Shown here: piece after piece, positions 17,510-26,421 of the stretch
Layout of the letters: the number at the start of each line of letters is the position of its first letter
How positions within the stretch are numbered: the first letter of the stretch is position 1
Assembly (NCBI GenBank): GCA_035486035.1
Contig: DATHNL010000072.1
Location: forward strand, 2,069-66,068
Direction: 5' to 3'
DNA: 64,000 nucleotides
Source: Gemmatimonadaceae bacterium
GTDB lineage: Bacteria; Gemmatimonadota; Gemmatimonadetes; Gemmatimonadales; Gemmatimonadaceae
Made by a program: the position numbers and the translations under genes
The notes under the pieces: model-generated
Databases searched by the model: none
What the model saw: the letters and a program-made list of their open reading frames with translations, nothing else
Told to the model about the DNA's origin: nothing

Positions 17510-17898
17510 GTTGGGTCGCGTACAACTTCGCCGTGTTGCGGGTCGTGCCGCATCCGTACAACGGCGAGTTCGTTCCCGTTGGGATCGTACTGCATGCTAG
17601 AACGGAAGAATTTCTGGAACTTCGCACCTTGACGGATCTCGACGTGTTGCGCGAGCGTGTGGGGGATGTCGACGTCGAGCTGCTCGCGCGGTACCTGGAC
17701 TCCGCTCGGGCGATTTGCGCAGGTGATCCGGCCAGCGGGCCGGTCGCGCTCACGCCGCCGTCAGAGCGATTCCATTGGATCACCGCGCCGCGCTCCGACG
17801 TCGTCCAATGCTCAGCCGTGCACGAGGGCATCACCCACTCGCCCGAGCTTGCGCTCAGCGAGCTGTTCGAGCGCTACGTCGAAAGAACCTTGCGATAA
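17506..17898 (+). CDS. DUF3037-family protein
   Basis: YNFAVLRVVPHPYNGEFVPVGIVLH N-terminus characteristic of DUF3037 (from memory). ATGA overlap with the kinase stop at 17506-17509. Confidence 0.8.
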   Translation: MSWVAYNFAVLRVVPHPYNGEFVPVGIVLHARTEEFLELRTLTDLDVLRERVGDVDVELLARYLDSARAICAGDPASGPVALTPPSERFHWITAPRSDVVQCSAVHEGITHSPELALSELFERYVERTLR

Positions 17899-18311
17899 AG
17901 CACAACGCGATCCAGCTCTTCGAACCCGAGGTGTTCGTGGGCACGCTGCGAGATCACGTTGTGCGTCTCCGTATCCGACGCGAGCTCGCGATATCCGCGC
18001 GACCGGGCGAATGACTCGGCGCCCTCGATGAGCCGGGCGCCGATCCGCTGGCGGCGCACGTCGACGTCGACCCACCACCCCTCGACGTAGGCGACCGGAC
18101 TCGACTCGCACCCGTCGGCGTTGGTTCGCTCGCCGACTTCCACGAACCCGCAGAGTGACCCCGTCGTTCGTACGGCGACGATGATGGCGGTGTCGGTCCG
18201 CGCGAGCCACGCGGCCATGTCGCCCTCAGTCTGACTCGGCCACAACGCCGTCCGCATCCGCCGCCACTCGGCGTGGTCCTCGGGTGCGTAAGGCCGAATC
18301 AGGACCGTCAT
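17874..18311 (-). CDS. GNAT N-acetyltransferase, AAC(6')-I (Iy-like) aminoglycoside acetyltransferase family
   Basis: ALWP..., DGCESSPVAYVEGWWV and ELASDTETHNVISQRAHEHLGFEELDRVVLYRK closely parallel the AAC(6')-Iy sequence as I recall it. Start MTVLIRPY at 18311. Confidence 0.85.
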   Translation of the reverse strand: MTVLIRPYAPEDHAEWRRMRTALWPSQTEGDMAAWLARTDTAIIVAVRTTGSLCGFVEVGERTNADGCESSPVAYVEGWWVDVDVRRQRIGARLIEGAESFARSRGYRELASDTETHNVISQRAHEHLGFEELDRVVLYRKVLST

Positions 18312-18586
18312 AGCCGTGGCGAGACTCGCTCGGCCGCCTCGGCCGACGTGATCACGGGGTGCACCTCGAACTCCACGAGGTCGCTCCAGTTGGCGATCCA
18401 CTGGTCCAGCAGTGTACGGTCGTGTGTCTCCATGACTTGGTAGCAGCGCTCGAGCCGCTCGTCGACCCAACTGGAGACATACGTGAGCCCCTCGGGGGCC
18501 AATCGTCCCTGGGCGCGAAACCGACGATACACCGGGACGGCATCTCCCTTCCGGAAATGCTCGACGATCATATAGAGACGTTTCAT
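18308..18586 (-). CDS. DUF3303-family small protein
   Basis: MKRLYMIVEHFRKGDAVPVYRRFRAQGRLAPEGLTYVSSWV...LVEFEVHPV matches the DUF3303 pattern. ATGA overlap with the GNAT gene. Confidence 0.75.
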   Translation of the reverse strand: MKRLYMIVEHFRKGDAVPVYRRFRAQGRLAPEGLTYVSSWVDERLERCYQVMETHDRTLLDQWIANWSDLVEFEVHPVITSAEAAERVSPRL

Positions 18587-18912
18587 ACTCGGCGGTGGAA
18601 TCTAACGGTCAGCACATGCGCGCTCACACACGCCATCGCCACGAGCGGCGGCCGGCTGAAGAGCGCGACCTCGGTCGCGGCGACCACGATCACGGCCGGC
18701 ATTGACACCAGCTCCGATACCCGTACGAATATCAGCACGCCAACGGTCAATTCGGCAGACGCCATGAGGACGCGCCCGAGTGTGTGAGCGCCAGTCAGGT
18801 ATCTGGTCACTCCCAGGTACAGAAAGAGCGCGCTGAGGGCATACTCCGTCACGCGCACGACAATGGAGATTACACGTTGTCTCGTCATCACATGACGCCA
18901 GATGTCCTCCAT
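18583..18912 (-). CDS. Hypothetical small membrane protein
   Basis: Two or three hydrophobic helices. Locally lower GC. The stop overlaps the DUF3303 start. The start is uncertain (18912 or 18954). Confidence 0.45.
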   Translation of the reverse strand: MEDIWRHVMTRQRVISIVVRVTEYALSALFLYLGVTRYLTGAHTLGRVLMASAELTVGVLIFVRVSELVSMPAVIVVAATEVALFSRPPLVAMACVSAHVLTVRFHRRV

Positions 18913-18944
18913 GAGGCCTTTATTCCGAAGGACTATATTCCGGC

Positions 18945-19466
18945 ATGAAAGCATCCGTATTCATCGCGACCAGCGTCGATGGGTACATCGCGCGGCCAGA
19001 CGGCGCGCTGGACTGGCTGCCGCCCGATGACGTCGTCGAAGAGCACGGCTACAACGCGTTCTTCGCGTCGGTCGACGCCCTCGTCATCGGGCGCAAGACG
19101 TTCGAAGTGGTCGCCGCGTTCCCGGCGTGGCCCTACGGCGCGAAGCCGGTCTTCGTGCTCAGCACGACGCTGTCGAAGGTGAACGCTCCGGACGGTGCCG
19201 TGTGCGAAGTGATGTCCGGCACACCCAACGAGATCGCGCGGCGGCTCATGCAGCGCGGACACAAGCACGTGTACATCGATGGCGGCGAGACGATCCAGGG
19301 TTTCCTGGAAGCGGGACTGATTCAGCGCATCGTCGTGACGCGCATTCCCGTCTTACTCGGGAGCGGCATTCCGCTGTTTGGCACGCTCTCTCGTGACATT
19401 CGCCTGCAACACGTTGCCACGCGCACATATGCGAGTGGCATGGTCCAAACAGAGTACGCCATCTGA
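18945..19466 (+). CDS. Dihydrofolate-reductase-family protein (RibD C-terminal domain)
   Basis: MKASVFIATSVDGYIARPDGALDWL... and VYIDGGETIQGFL pattern. Confidence 0.88.
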   Translation: MKASVFIATSVDGYIARPDGALDWLPPDDVVEEHGYNAFFASVDALVIGRKTFEVVAAFPAWPYGAKPVFVLSTTLSKVNAPDGAVCEVMSGTPNEIARRLMQRGHKHVYIDGGETIQGFLEAGLIQRIVVTRIPVLLGSGIPLFGTLSRDIRLQHVATRTYASGMVQTEYAI

Positions 19467-19500
19467 GTGACCGCCCGCGGCGCGCGGGCGTCTGTACTGT

Positions 19501-20943
19501 ATGCGGCGAGCCAACACGGTTGCTTTCGTGCTCTGTGGTTGCGCCTTGGGTTGCGCATCCACCTCTCAACATCCCGGCACGGCGCCGGCCCCGAACGGCA
19601 CGCGGTATCTGTCGTCGGCCGACACGCTGTACTACGGATTCTGGCAAGAGCACTCGCTCTACTATGTGCGCGGCCGCGACACGCTGCGCATCCCGGGCCA
19701 GACCTTTCTCGTGCGCGCGCAAGAGTGGACCGACGCGGCCGAAGGCCTGCGCGTGGCGCAGCAGCAGCTGTGCGTCGGCGCGGCGAGCTGCCATACGGTC
19801 GACACGTTCACGGTCTCGCCCCGTGGCGAGCTGGTCGCCGGCGCGCACCGCTTCCAACACAATGTCATCGCACTGCCGAACCGTCCGCTCGCTGTGGGCA
19901 TGCAATGGGCCGACTCGGGCGCGCTCGACTCGGGCGGCGTCGTCATCGAGGCACACCAGACGTACCACGTCGAGCGCTTCTGGGACAATCAAGGTCGACA
20001 TCTGGCGGAGATCGTCGGCGACGGGGCCATGAAGTTGCACGGCTCGTTTCACGCCGATTCGACGTCGACGATCGCGCAGCGCGTATTCTGGCTCGAGGTC
20101 TCCGGCACCGTGCATGAGACGCACTGGTTCGACATGGGGGCCGGCCGCATCGTGAGCAACTTCGCGACCGCGCGGCTCTCCGGCTGGGGAACCATCCCGA
20201 ACGGGAACGGCGGCCTCGACACGCTCCAGGCGGGCCTGACGTTAGACCTCAAAGATCGCACGATCACGAGCGAGCGGGCCCACGTGCTGGCCCGCGCCAT
20301 GCCGGGCCGCGACACGAGCGTCACGACGAATGCGCGGGGCGTGTTGTTCCTCCACACCGTCCAGCACGTCGGCGATGAGATCGATGCGGGTCTCGCGCGC
20401 CCCGATGGGTGGGTGCGCACGGCGAGCGAGCGGTTCGCCGGCGGACGGCCCGTGAGCTACGATGCGGTGTGGTCCGATACTGCGTCGCGTTGCTGCACCG
20501 TGCGGCACGTCGAGCGCCATGGCGACTCCTTATTCGTGCGCCGCGACGGGCGCGACACCACGATCGCGGTGCCCGCGGTGACCTGGGCGATCAGCGATGC
20601 GATGAACCAAGAGATGTTGGTGCCGGTGCTGCTGACGATTCCGCACGACAACCTGACCCATCCGGTCGCCGTGTACCGCCCGTACGACGGCAAGTGGACC
20701 ATCTGGCAGACGCAGGTCCGCGAGACGGACGGCGTCTACGTGGTCCGGATGATGATGAGCCCGCAGGATCCCGAAGAGATCCTGGTCGTCTCGAAGACCG
20801 GTGACCTGTTGTTCGCCGAGCAGCCCCGCGCGCAGCAGCCGTGGACGCGCATGCCGCCGCGTGGCACGGTGCGCCGCGCCACGGTCGAGGGGTTACTCAA
20901 GCGCCTGGCCCCCGCGCGCAACGTTGCGTTTCGAGCGAGCTAG
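19501..20943 (+). CDS. Hypothetical lipoprotein (480 aa)
   Basis: Lipobox FVLCGCALGCAS. GC3-rich coding. No family recognised. Confidence 0.7.
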   Translation: MRRANTVAFVLCGCALGCASTSQHPGTAPAPNGTRYLSSADTLYYGFWQEHSLYYVRGRDTLRIPGQTFLVRAQEWTDAAEGLRVAQQQLCVGAASCHTVDTFTVSPRGELVAGAHRFQHNVIALPNRPLAVGMQWADSGALDSGGVVIEAHQTYHVERFWDNQGRHLAEIVGDGAMKLHGSFHADSTSTIAQRVFWLEVSGTVHETHWFDMGAGRIVSNFATARLSGWGTIPNGNGGLDTLQAGLTLDLKDRTITSERAHVLARAMPGRDTSVTTNARGVLFLHTVQHVGDEIDAGLARPDGWVRTASERFAGGRPVSYDAVWSDTASRCCTVRHVERHGDSLFVRRDGRDTTIAVPAVTWAISDAMNQEMLVPVLLTIPHDNLTHPVAVYRPYDGKWTIWQTQVRETDGVYVVRMMMSPQDPEEILVVSKTGDLLFAEQPRAQQPWTRMPPRGTVRRATVEGLLKRLAPARNVAFRAS

Positions 20944-22206
20944 ATAGAGCACCGACGCGACCACGATCACGAGACCCATCGCGAGGAGCTCATCGCGAGT
21001 CGCTTGGATGAGTAGCCAGAGCAGCACGACGCAGGCGAGCAGGGGAACGGTGGGCCCGCCCGGCACGAGAAAGGGCTGCCCATGGGTGCGCACATCACGG
21101 CGCCGGAGCACGAGCAGGGCCAGACAGCTGCCCAGGTAGATAATCACCGCGGAAATCGCACCCAGCGCCGCCATGACGGGAAACGTCCCGTAGATGGCGA
21201 GCGTGCACGCGACGACGGCATACGCGATGATCGCGATGTGGGGGGTGCGATGGCGCGCGTGCACGGTGCCCATCATCGCCGGCAGATATCCGTCCTGGCC
21301 AAACGCGAACATGATGCGCGGAGACGCGAGAATGTCGCCACTGACATAGGCGAACGTCGAGAGCGCTGCCGCGCCGAGCATCAGCGCCTTGCCGCGTGGG
21401 CCGAAGAGGTGGTCCGCGGTTGCGGCGAGCGGCGCGACTTGATCGACGGCGAGGCCCGGGCCGAGCACGCCCTGGGCCACGTAGTGGACTCCGATGTAGA
21501 GCGCCGTCACGATCGCCAGGGCCAGGAGCACCGCGCGAGGCATGGTGCGAGAGGGATTTGCCACCTCGCCCGCCGGCGTCAGCGCGACCTCGATGCCAGT
21601 GAACGCGAAGAAGAGCTCGAGCGTGGCGCGTCCGATGGTGCCGATGGGAGCGTGACCCGACACCGGCACATGTTGGCCGCGCAGCACGAACAGGCCGACG
21701 GCGACGAGCAGGACGAGTGGTGCGACTTTCGCGATCGTCACGACCTCGACGACCAGTGCGCCGGCGCGCACGCCACGAATGTTGATCGCGGTCAAGGCGG
21801 TGTACGTCGCGATGAGCAGTGCGACGCGCCCCACCGTCGTGCCGAGCGCGGGGACGACGGCGGCGAGCGTCCCGGCGAAGATGTTCACGACCGCGGCGCT
21901 CGATGCGACGGCACTGAACCAGATGACGGCGCCGAGCAACACAGCCGCGTACGGGCCGAACGCGACATCGACGTACCGATACGGCCCGCCGGTCTCGGAC
22001 ACACGGCTCGCGGCTTCAGCGAGCGAGAGGAAGACGAGCGTGATCGCGACCGCGCAGATCACGTAGGCGACGAGCCAACCGGGCCCGAGGATCGCCGCGA
22101 CGGCGGCCGGCAGCACGAAAATACCGGATGCGACGATGCAGTTGACGACGTTCGCCGTCATTGCCGTCAGGCCTAACGAGCGAACGAGCCCGTCGTCGTC
22201 GGACAC
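20893..22206 (-). CDS. APC-superfamily amino acid permease
   Basis: 12-TM pattern with the N-terminal LGLTAMTANVVNCIVASGIFVLP motif typical of amino acid/polyamine/organocation transporters. Confidence 0.92.
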   Translation of the reverse strand: MSDDDGLVRSLGLTAMTANVVNCIVASGIFVLPAAVAAILGPGWLVAYVICAVAITLVFLSLAEAASRVSETGGPYRYVDVAFGPYAAVLLGAVIWFSAVASSAAVVNIFAGTLAAVVPALGTTVGRVALLIATYTALTAINIRGVRAGALVVEVVTIAKVAPLVLLVAVGLFVLRGQHVPVSGHAPIGTIGRATLELFFAFTGIEVALTPAGEVANPSRTMPRAVLLALAIVTALYIGVHYVAQGVLGPGLAVDQVAPLAATADHLFGPRGKALMLGAAALSTFAYVSGDILASPRIMFAFGQDGYLPAMMGTVHARHRTPHIAIIAYAVVACTLAIYGTFPVMAALGAISAVIIYLGSCLALLVLRRRDVRTHGQPFLVPGGPTVPLLACVVLLWLLIQATRDELLAMGLVIVVASVLYLARSKRNVARGGQALE

Positions 22207-22220
22207 TCGCTAACTTGGGC

Positions 22221-23633
22221 TTAGGATGTCTGTCGCGCCAGGACGTCGCGTATGGAGTCGATGGCGGTGGCCGCGATGTATCCGTCCGGCCGGACGAGCG
22301 TGAGGCCCTGCTGCCGCGTCGGTCGCACCTCGACGATGTCCGGAAACGCCTGGGCGATCGCCGATCCATCCGCCTGATCGAAAGCCATGAGCAGAAAGCG
22401 GCTCTGTATCCCGGTCCCACCGCGGAGCGAGTCGTCGAAGTACCGCTTGCCGCTGCCATCGATGATGGGGCTTCCGCCGTACGCGATGCCGAGCTCGGAC
22501 AGCCGTTGCACGAAGAAGTGTTGGAATGGTGGCAAGTGCCAGACGACGGGGATGGCCATGTCGCGGATGGCTTGCGCGAGCTTGTTCGGCGCGCCCAGCG
22601 CGGTCGTCATGAAGTGCGTCAGGTCGATCACCTGCTTGATCACGGGTCGCCGCTCGGCGGTATAACTCTCCAGCAGTTGGTCATTCCCATGCCCACGGAC
22701 AGCGAGATCGAGCTTCCAGACGAGATTCCACACGTCCTGCAGTCCGGTATTCATGCCCTGGCCGCCGAACGGGCTATGAATGTGCGCAGCGTCGCCGGCG
22801 ACGAAGATGCGTCCGACGCGCATCTGCTCCACCTGGCGGTGATGGATGCGAAAGTATGTGCTCCAGTTGACCGCGCGTGCTTCCAAGCCAGCCGGCGCGC
22901 GCTGGAGGACCTCGCGCACGGTCTCGACGCTCGGTGTGTCTTCCTTGGGCGCGGTGTGCATCATCGCCACGACCCGCCGGCGCGTCGCGCTCATCGGGAA
23001 TATGGCCACCGGGCCGAGCGCGCTCGGGCAGAGTTGCATCTCATCCGCGGGCAGCGTGTCATTCGATTCGATGTCGGCCAGCATGTACTCCGCATCGTAT
23101 GCGCCGCCCTCGAACGGCAAATTGAGCACGTGGCGAATCGTGCTGTGCGCACCGTCGCAGCCCACGACGAATGTCGCCGTGATGGTGATGGGTTGGCCGT
23201 TCCGCTCGACGGTGACGCTGACGTGGTCGTCGTGCTCTTCCGCGCCGGTGCACGTGGTGTTGTACTCGACGACTCCGCCTCGCCGGTTGAGCGCCTCCGC
23301 CAGCAGTCGCTCCGTCACGTCTTGCGGGACCATGGCGACGAAGGAGTAGGGTGTGTCCGGGGGTGTGAAGTGCAATCGCGCCAACTGTCGTTCGTGATTC
23401 GCCACGGCGACCCAGGTCACCCGGTTCGCTGCGTCAAGAAACGGTTGCACGAGGCCCGCCATGTCGAAGATCTCGAGCGTGCGGGGAAAGATCGCCAGCG
23501 CCTTCGAGTGGTCAGACTGGGCGGGGCGCGTTTCGACGATCCGCCACCGGAGGCCGCGGCGGGCGCACTCGTTCGCCAGGAACAGCCCGACGGGTCCGGC
23601 GCCGACGATCAGAACATCCGTGTCGATTGTCAT
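22221..23633 (-). CDS. FAD-dependent aromatic-ring monooxygenase (PheA/TfdB / UbiH-like)
   Basis: DVLIVGAGPVGLFLANE (GxGxxG), GRIFVAGDAAHIHSPFGGQGMNTGLQDVWNLVWKL and a C-terminal thioredoxin-like domain. Confidence 0.92.
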   Translation of the reverse strand: MTIDTDVLIVGAGPVGLFLANECARRGLRWRIVETRPAQSDHSKALAIFPRTLEIFDMAGLVQPFLDAANRVTWVAVANHERQLARLHFTPPDTPYSFVAMVPQDVTERLLAEALNRRGGVVEYNTTCTGAEEHDDHVSVTVERNGQPITITATFVVGCDGAHSTIRHVLNLPFEGGAYDAEYMLADIESNDTLPADEMQLCPSALGPVAIFPMSATRRRVVAMMHTAPKEDTPSVETVREVLQRAPAGLEARAVNWSTYFRIHHRQVEQMRVGRIFVAGDAAHIHSPFGGQGMNTGLQDVWNLVWKLDLAVRGHGNDQLLESYTAERRPVIKQVIDLTHFMTTALGAPNKLAQAIRDMAIPVVWHLPPFQHFFVQRLSELGIAYGGSPIIDGSGKRYFDDSLRGGTGIQSRFLLMAFDQADGSAIAQAFPDIVEVRPTRQQGLTLVRPDGYIAATAIDSIRDVLARQTS

Positions 23634-23659
23634 AGCCTCTGGAGTTGGTATCTTGCAGC

Positions 23660-24280
23660 ATGGGGCCCAACACGTTGCACCACGATCACGACCACGATCA
23701 TCAGGCAGTCCCGTCTGACTTCGCCCTGCGCGTCAAATCGCTCGAGTCTCTGCTGGTCGAGAAGGGCCTGGTGGATCAGAACGCGCTTGATGTGCTCGTC
23801 GATAGCTATCAGCATAAAATCGGCCCGCGCAACGGCGCGCGAGTAGTGGCGCGGGCCTGGTCGGATTCGGCCTACAAGCAACGGCTGCTCTCCGATGCGG
23901 ATTCAGCGATTCACGAACTCGGCTACGGCGGGATGCAAGGCGAGCACATGGTTGTCGTGGAGAACACGCCGCGTGTGCACAACCTCGTCGTCTGCACGCT
24001 GTGCTCGTGTTATCCGTGGCCGGTCTTGGGACTGCCTCCGGTCTGGTACAAGTCGGCGCCGTATCGTGCGCGTGCGGTGATCGATCCGCGCGGGCTGCTC
24101 AAGGACCTGGGGTTCGAAATCAGTCCGGACGTCGAGGTTCGTGTGTGGGATAGCACGGCCGAGATCCGGTATCTTGTGCTGCCCGAGCGGCCGGCTGGTG
24201 CGGACGGCATGAGTGAAGAGGCGTTGGCCGAGCTCGTGACACGAGACTCCATGGTCGGCGTTGCCAGGGTTGTGGCATGA
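23660..24280 (+). CDS. nthA: Nitrile hydratase alpha subunit, cobalt type
   Basis: Metal-binding claw [11 protein letters not shown] (the Thr/Tyr variant indicates Co type). N-terminal HHDHDHDH tract. The ATG at 23660 is preferred over the TTG at 23645. Confidence 0.93.
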   Translation: MGPNTLHHDHDHDHQAVPSDFALRVKSLESLLVEKGLVDQNALDVLVDSYQHKIGPRNGARVVARAWSDSAYKQRLLSDADSAIHELGYGGMQGEHMVVVENTPRVHNLVVCTLCSCYPWPVLGLPPVWYKSAPYRARAVIDPRGLLKDLGFEISPDVEVRVWDSTAEIRYLVLPERPAGADGMSEEALAELVTRDSMVGVARVVA

Positions 24281-24936
24281 ATGGTGTGCACGACATGGGC
24301 GGCATGCATGGCATGGGGCCCGTGGTTATTGAGCCGAACGAGCCCGTATTCCACGAGGCGTGGGAGGCGCGCGTGTTCGCACTGCGGCGGGCGATGGGTG
24401 CGTGGGGCAAGTGGAACATCGATGCCACGCGCCATTCGGTCGAGCTGGTTCCGCCGGCCGAGTATCTCGAGCTGAGCTACTACGCGCGCCAATTCGTCGC
24501 GTTTCTCGAGCTCATGGTACAAGTTGGGCTTGTGACGCGCGCCGAGATCGAGCGCGGGTTGCCCGCGTCGGGTGCGACGAAGGCAACGCCTGCGCTCACT
24601 CCCGCCAAGGCCGCGTCACTCATCGCGAAGGGTGTCCCCACGAGTCGCGACGTAGCCGTGTCGCCGCGGTTCCACGTGGGGCAGCGCGTGCGCGCCCGCA
24701 CCATCAACCCGGTTGGCCATACCCGATTGCCACGGTACGTGCGTGGCCGAACCGGTGTGATCGATCGCGACCATGGTGTCTTCGTTTTTCCAGACACGAA
24801 CGCTCATTTTCTCGGCGAAAAGCCGCAGCACGTCTACTCCGTACGCTTCGCCGCGCGAGACGTGTGGGGCGACCAGGCCTCTCCGAACGATTCCCTCTAC
24901 ATCGATCTCTGGGATGACTATCTCGAATCAAACTGA
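24277..24936 (+). CDS. nthB: Nitrile hydratase beta subunit
   Basis: Canonical [16 protein letters not shown]...[16 protein letters not shown]-terminus. ATGA overlap with the alpha subunit. Confidence 0.93.
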   Translation: MNGVHDMGGMHGMGPVVIEPNEPVFHEAWEARVFALRRAMGAWGKWNIDATRHSVELVPPAEYLELSYYARQFVAFLELMVQVGLVTRAEIERGLPASGATKATPALTPAKAASLIAKGVPTSRDVAVSPRFHVGQRVRARTINPVGHTRLPRYVRGRTGVIDRDHGVFVFPDTNAHFLGEKPQHVYSVRFAARDVWGDQASPNDSLYIDLWDDYLESN

Positions 24937-25225
24937 AGCCGACGCCGTGTTCGCCGAGCCGTGGCACGCTCAGGCGTTCGCGCTGGCGCTCGCGCTCTCG
25001 GAGCGTGGGTACTTCACGTGGCCCGAGTGGTCAGCGGCGCTCGCCGATGAATTGAAAGGGAAGTCCGATGATGGCACGCACTACTACGAACACTGGCTCG
25101 CCACGCTCGAGCGCTTGGTGACCGCCAAAGGCCTGGCGGATGTCGCGGCGTTGCTCGATCGCAAAGAGGCCTGGGCTGATGCGTATCGGCATACCCCGCA
25201 CGGCAAACCGGTGATGCTCCCATGA
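24914..25225 (+). CDS. Nitrile hydratase accessory (activator, P14K/NhlE-like) protein
   Basis: Start [43 protein letters not shown], a beta-subunit-like chaperone motif. Overlaps the nthB 3' end by 23 nt. Confidence 0.85.
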   Translation: MTISNQTEADAVFAEPWHAQAFALALALSERGYFTWPEWSAALADELKGKSDDGTHYYEHWLATLERLVTAKGLADVAALLDRKEAWADAYRHTPHGKPVMLP

Positions 25226-26421
25226 TGATTGCGCTGCTCGCGGCGGCGCTCAACGCGCCGGCGCTCGTCGACTTCTACGAGCACGTGCTTGGCGTCCCGG
25301 CCCAGCGCACCGGCGCCGACTACGCGGAATTTCATACCGGGGCGACCGTCCTCGCGATCTTCTCAGCCTCGGCGCAGGACGCCTACATCCCCGGCGCCGC
25401 GAAGCCCGCGCACAACGCGAGCGCTCTGCTGGAATTCCGCGTCGACCCCAAGGTTCGCGGCACGATCGTTGTCGCCAACATGAACGACAACACGGCGACG
25501 ATCATTGATCTCGCGACGCATCGCACGATCGCCACGTTGCCGACGGGCGCGGGTCCGCACGAGGTCGCGATCTCCCGCAACGGACGTTGGGCGGTCGTCT
25601 CGAACTATGGCCCACAGAAGGAGCCAGGACACACGTTGACCGTGATCGACCTGGTGCCGAAAGTCCCCGTGATCGTCCGCACGATCGATCTCGGCGCCGA
25701 CAACAAACGGCCGCATGGCTCGGCGTTCCTGCCCGGCGACACGACGCTCCTGGTGACGGTGCAGACGGCGCAGGCCGTGATGGTCGTCAACGTGCCGCGG
25801 GGTACGGTCGACGCGTCGATCCCGACGCACGGTCGCGTGACGCACATGGTCGTGCTCACAGCCGACGGCCGGCACGCGTACACGAGCAACGTCGCCGACG
25901 GGACCGTGTCCGAGCTCGACATCCCTGGGCGCGCGTTCGTGCGCTCATTCAATGTCGCCCCCCTCGTCGAGGGCATCGGCGTCACGCCGAACGGAGCCGA
26001 GGTCTGGGTCGGGAGCGACAGCGTGAAGACCGTGAGCGTGGTCCCGACGTCATCGGGGACGGTCACCACGACGGTGCCGGACTTCGGGTTCCCCTATCGG
26101 ATCGCCATCACGCCCGATGGCCGCACGGCGGTCGTGAGCGATCCGGGTCGCGGCGAGCTTCGCTTCATGGATGTCGGCACGCATACCGAGATCGGGCGCG
26201 TGGCGATTCCGGCGACTGACGTTGTTGCGACCGCCGAGTTTCCGAAGTCGCCATGTCCCGAAGGCTTGAGTATGGCGCCTGACGGTCGGACCGTGTTCGT
26301 CACGCTGCAGGGCCGCAATGCCGTGGCGGCGGTCGACGTCGCGACCCGGACGTTACTCCTGACTCTCCCCGTCGGCACGTGGCCGGATGGGATCGCGTAC
26401 TCGCCGCTCGAGCACAACTGA
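25222..26421 (+). CDS. Fusion of a single VOC/glyoxalase half-module with a YVTN-type beta-propeller
   Basis: N-terminus FYEHVLGVPAQRTGADYAEFHTGATVLAIF...LLEFRVD. Repeated ~40-aa units follow (ATIIDLATHRTIATLPTGAGPHEVAISRNGRWAVVSN...). ATGA overlap with the accessory gene. Confidence 0.8.
   Translation: MMIALLAAALNAPALVDFYEHVLGVPAQRTGADYAEFHTGATVLAIFSASAQDAYIPGAAKPAHNASALLEFRVDPKVRGTIVVANMNDNTATIIDLATHRTIATLPTGAGPHEVAISRNGRWAVVSNYGPQKEPGHTLTVIDLVPKVPVIVRTIDLGADNKRPHGSAFLPGDTTLLVTVQTAQAVMVVNVPRGTVDASIPTHGRVTHMVVLTADGRHAYTSNVADGTVSELDIPGRAFVRSFNVAPLVEGIGVTPNGAEVWVGSDSVKTVSVVPTSSGTVTTTVPDFGFPYRIAITPDGRTAVVSDPGRGELRFMDVGTHTEIGRVAIPATDVVATAEFPKSPCPEGLSMAPDGRTVFVTLQGRNAVAAVDVATRTLLLTLPVGTWPDGIAYSPLEHN

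Noticed and set aside
22161-23846. A 561-aa ORF on the plus strand.
   Set aside because: It is entirely antisense to the well-supported FAD monooxygenase (22221-23633). It is Arg/Asp/His-rich low-complexity sequence with no domain pattern. It is a typical shadow ORF of GC-rich DNA.
23660-24280. A nitrile-hydratase-leader-peptide (NHLP) RiPP precursor instead of a true alpha subunit.
   Set aside because: The protein is full length and retains the complete VCTLCSC metal-binding claw. It is followed by genuine beta and accessory genes. No cyclodehydratase or radical SAM maturase is present.
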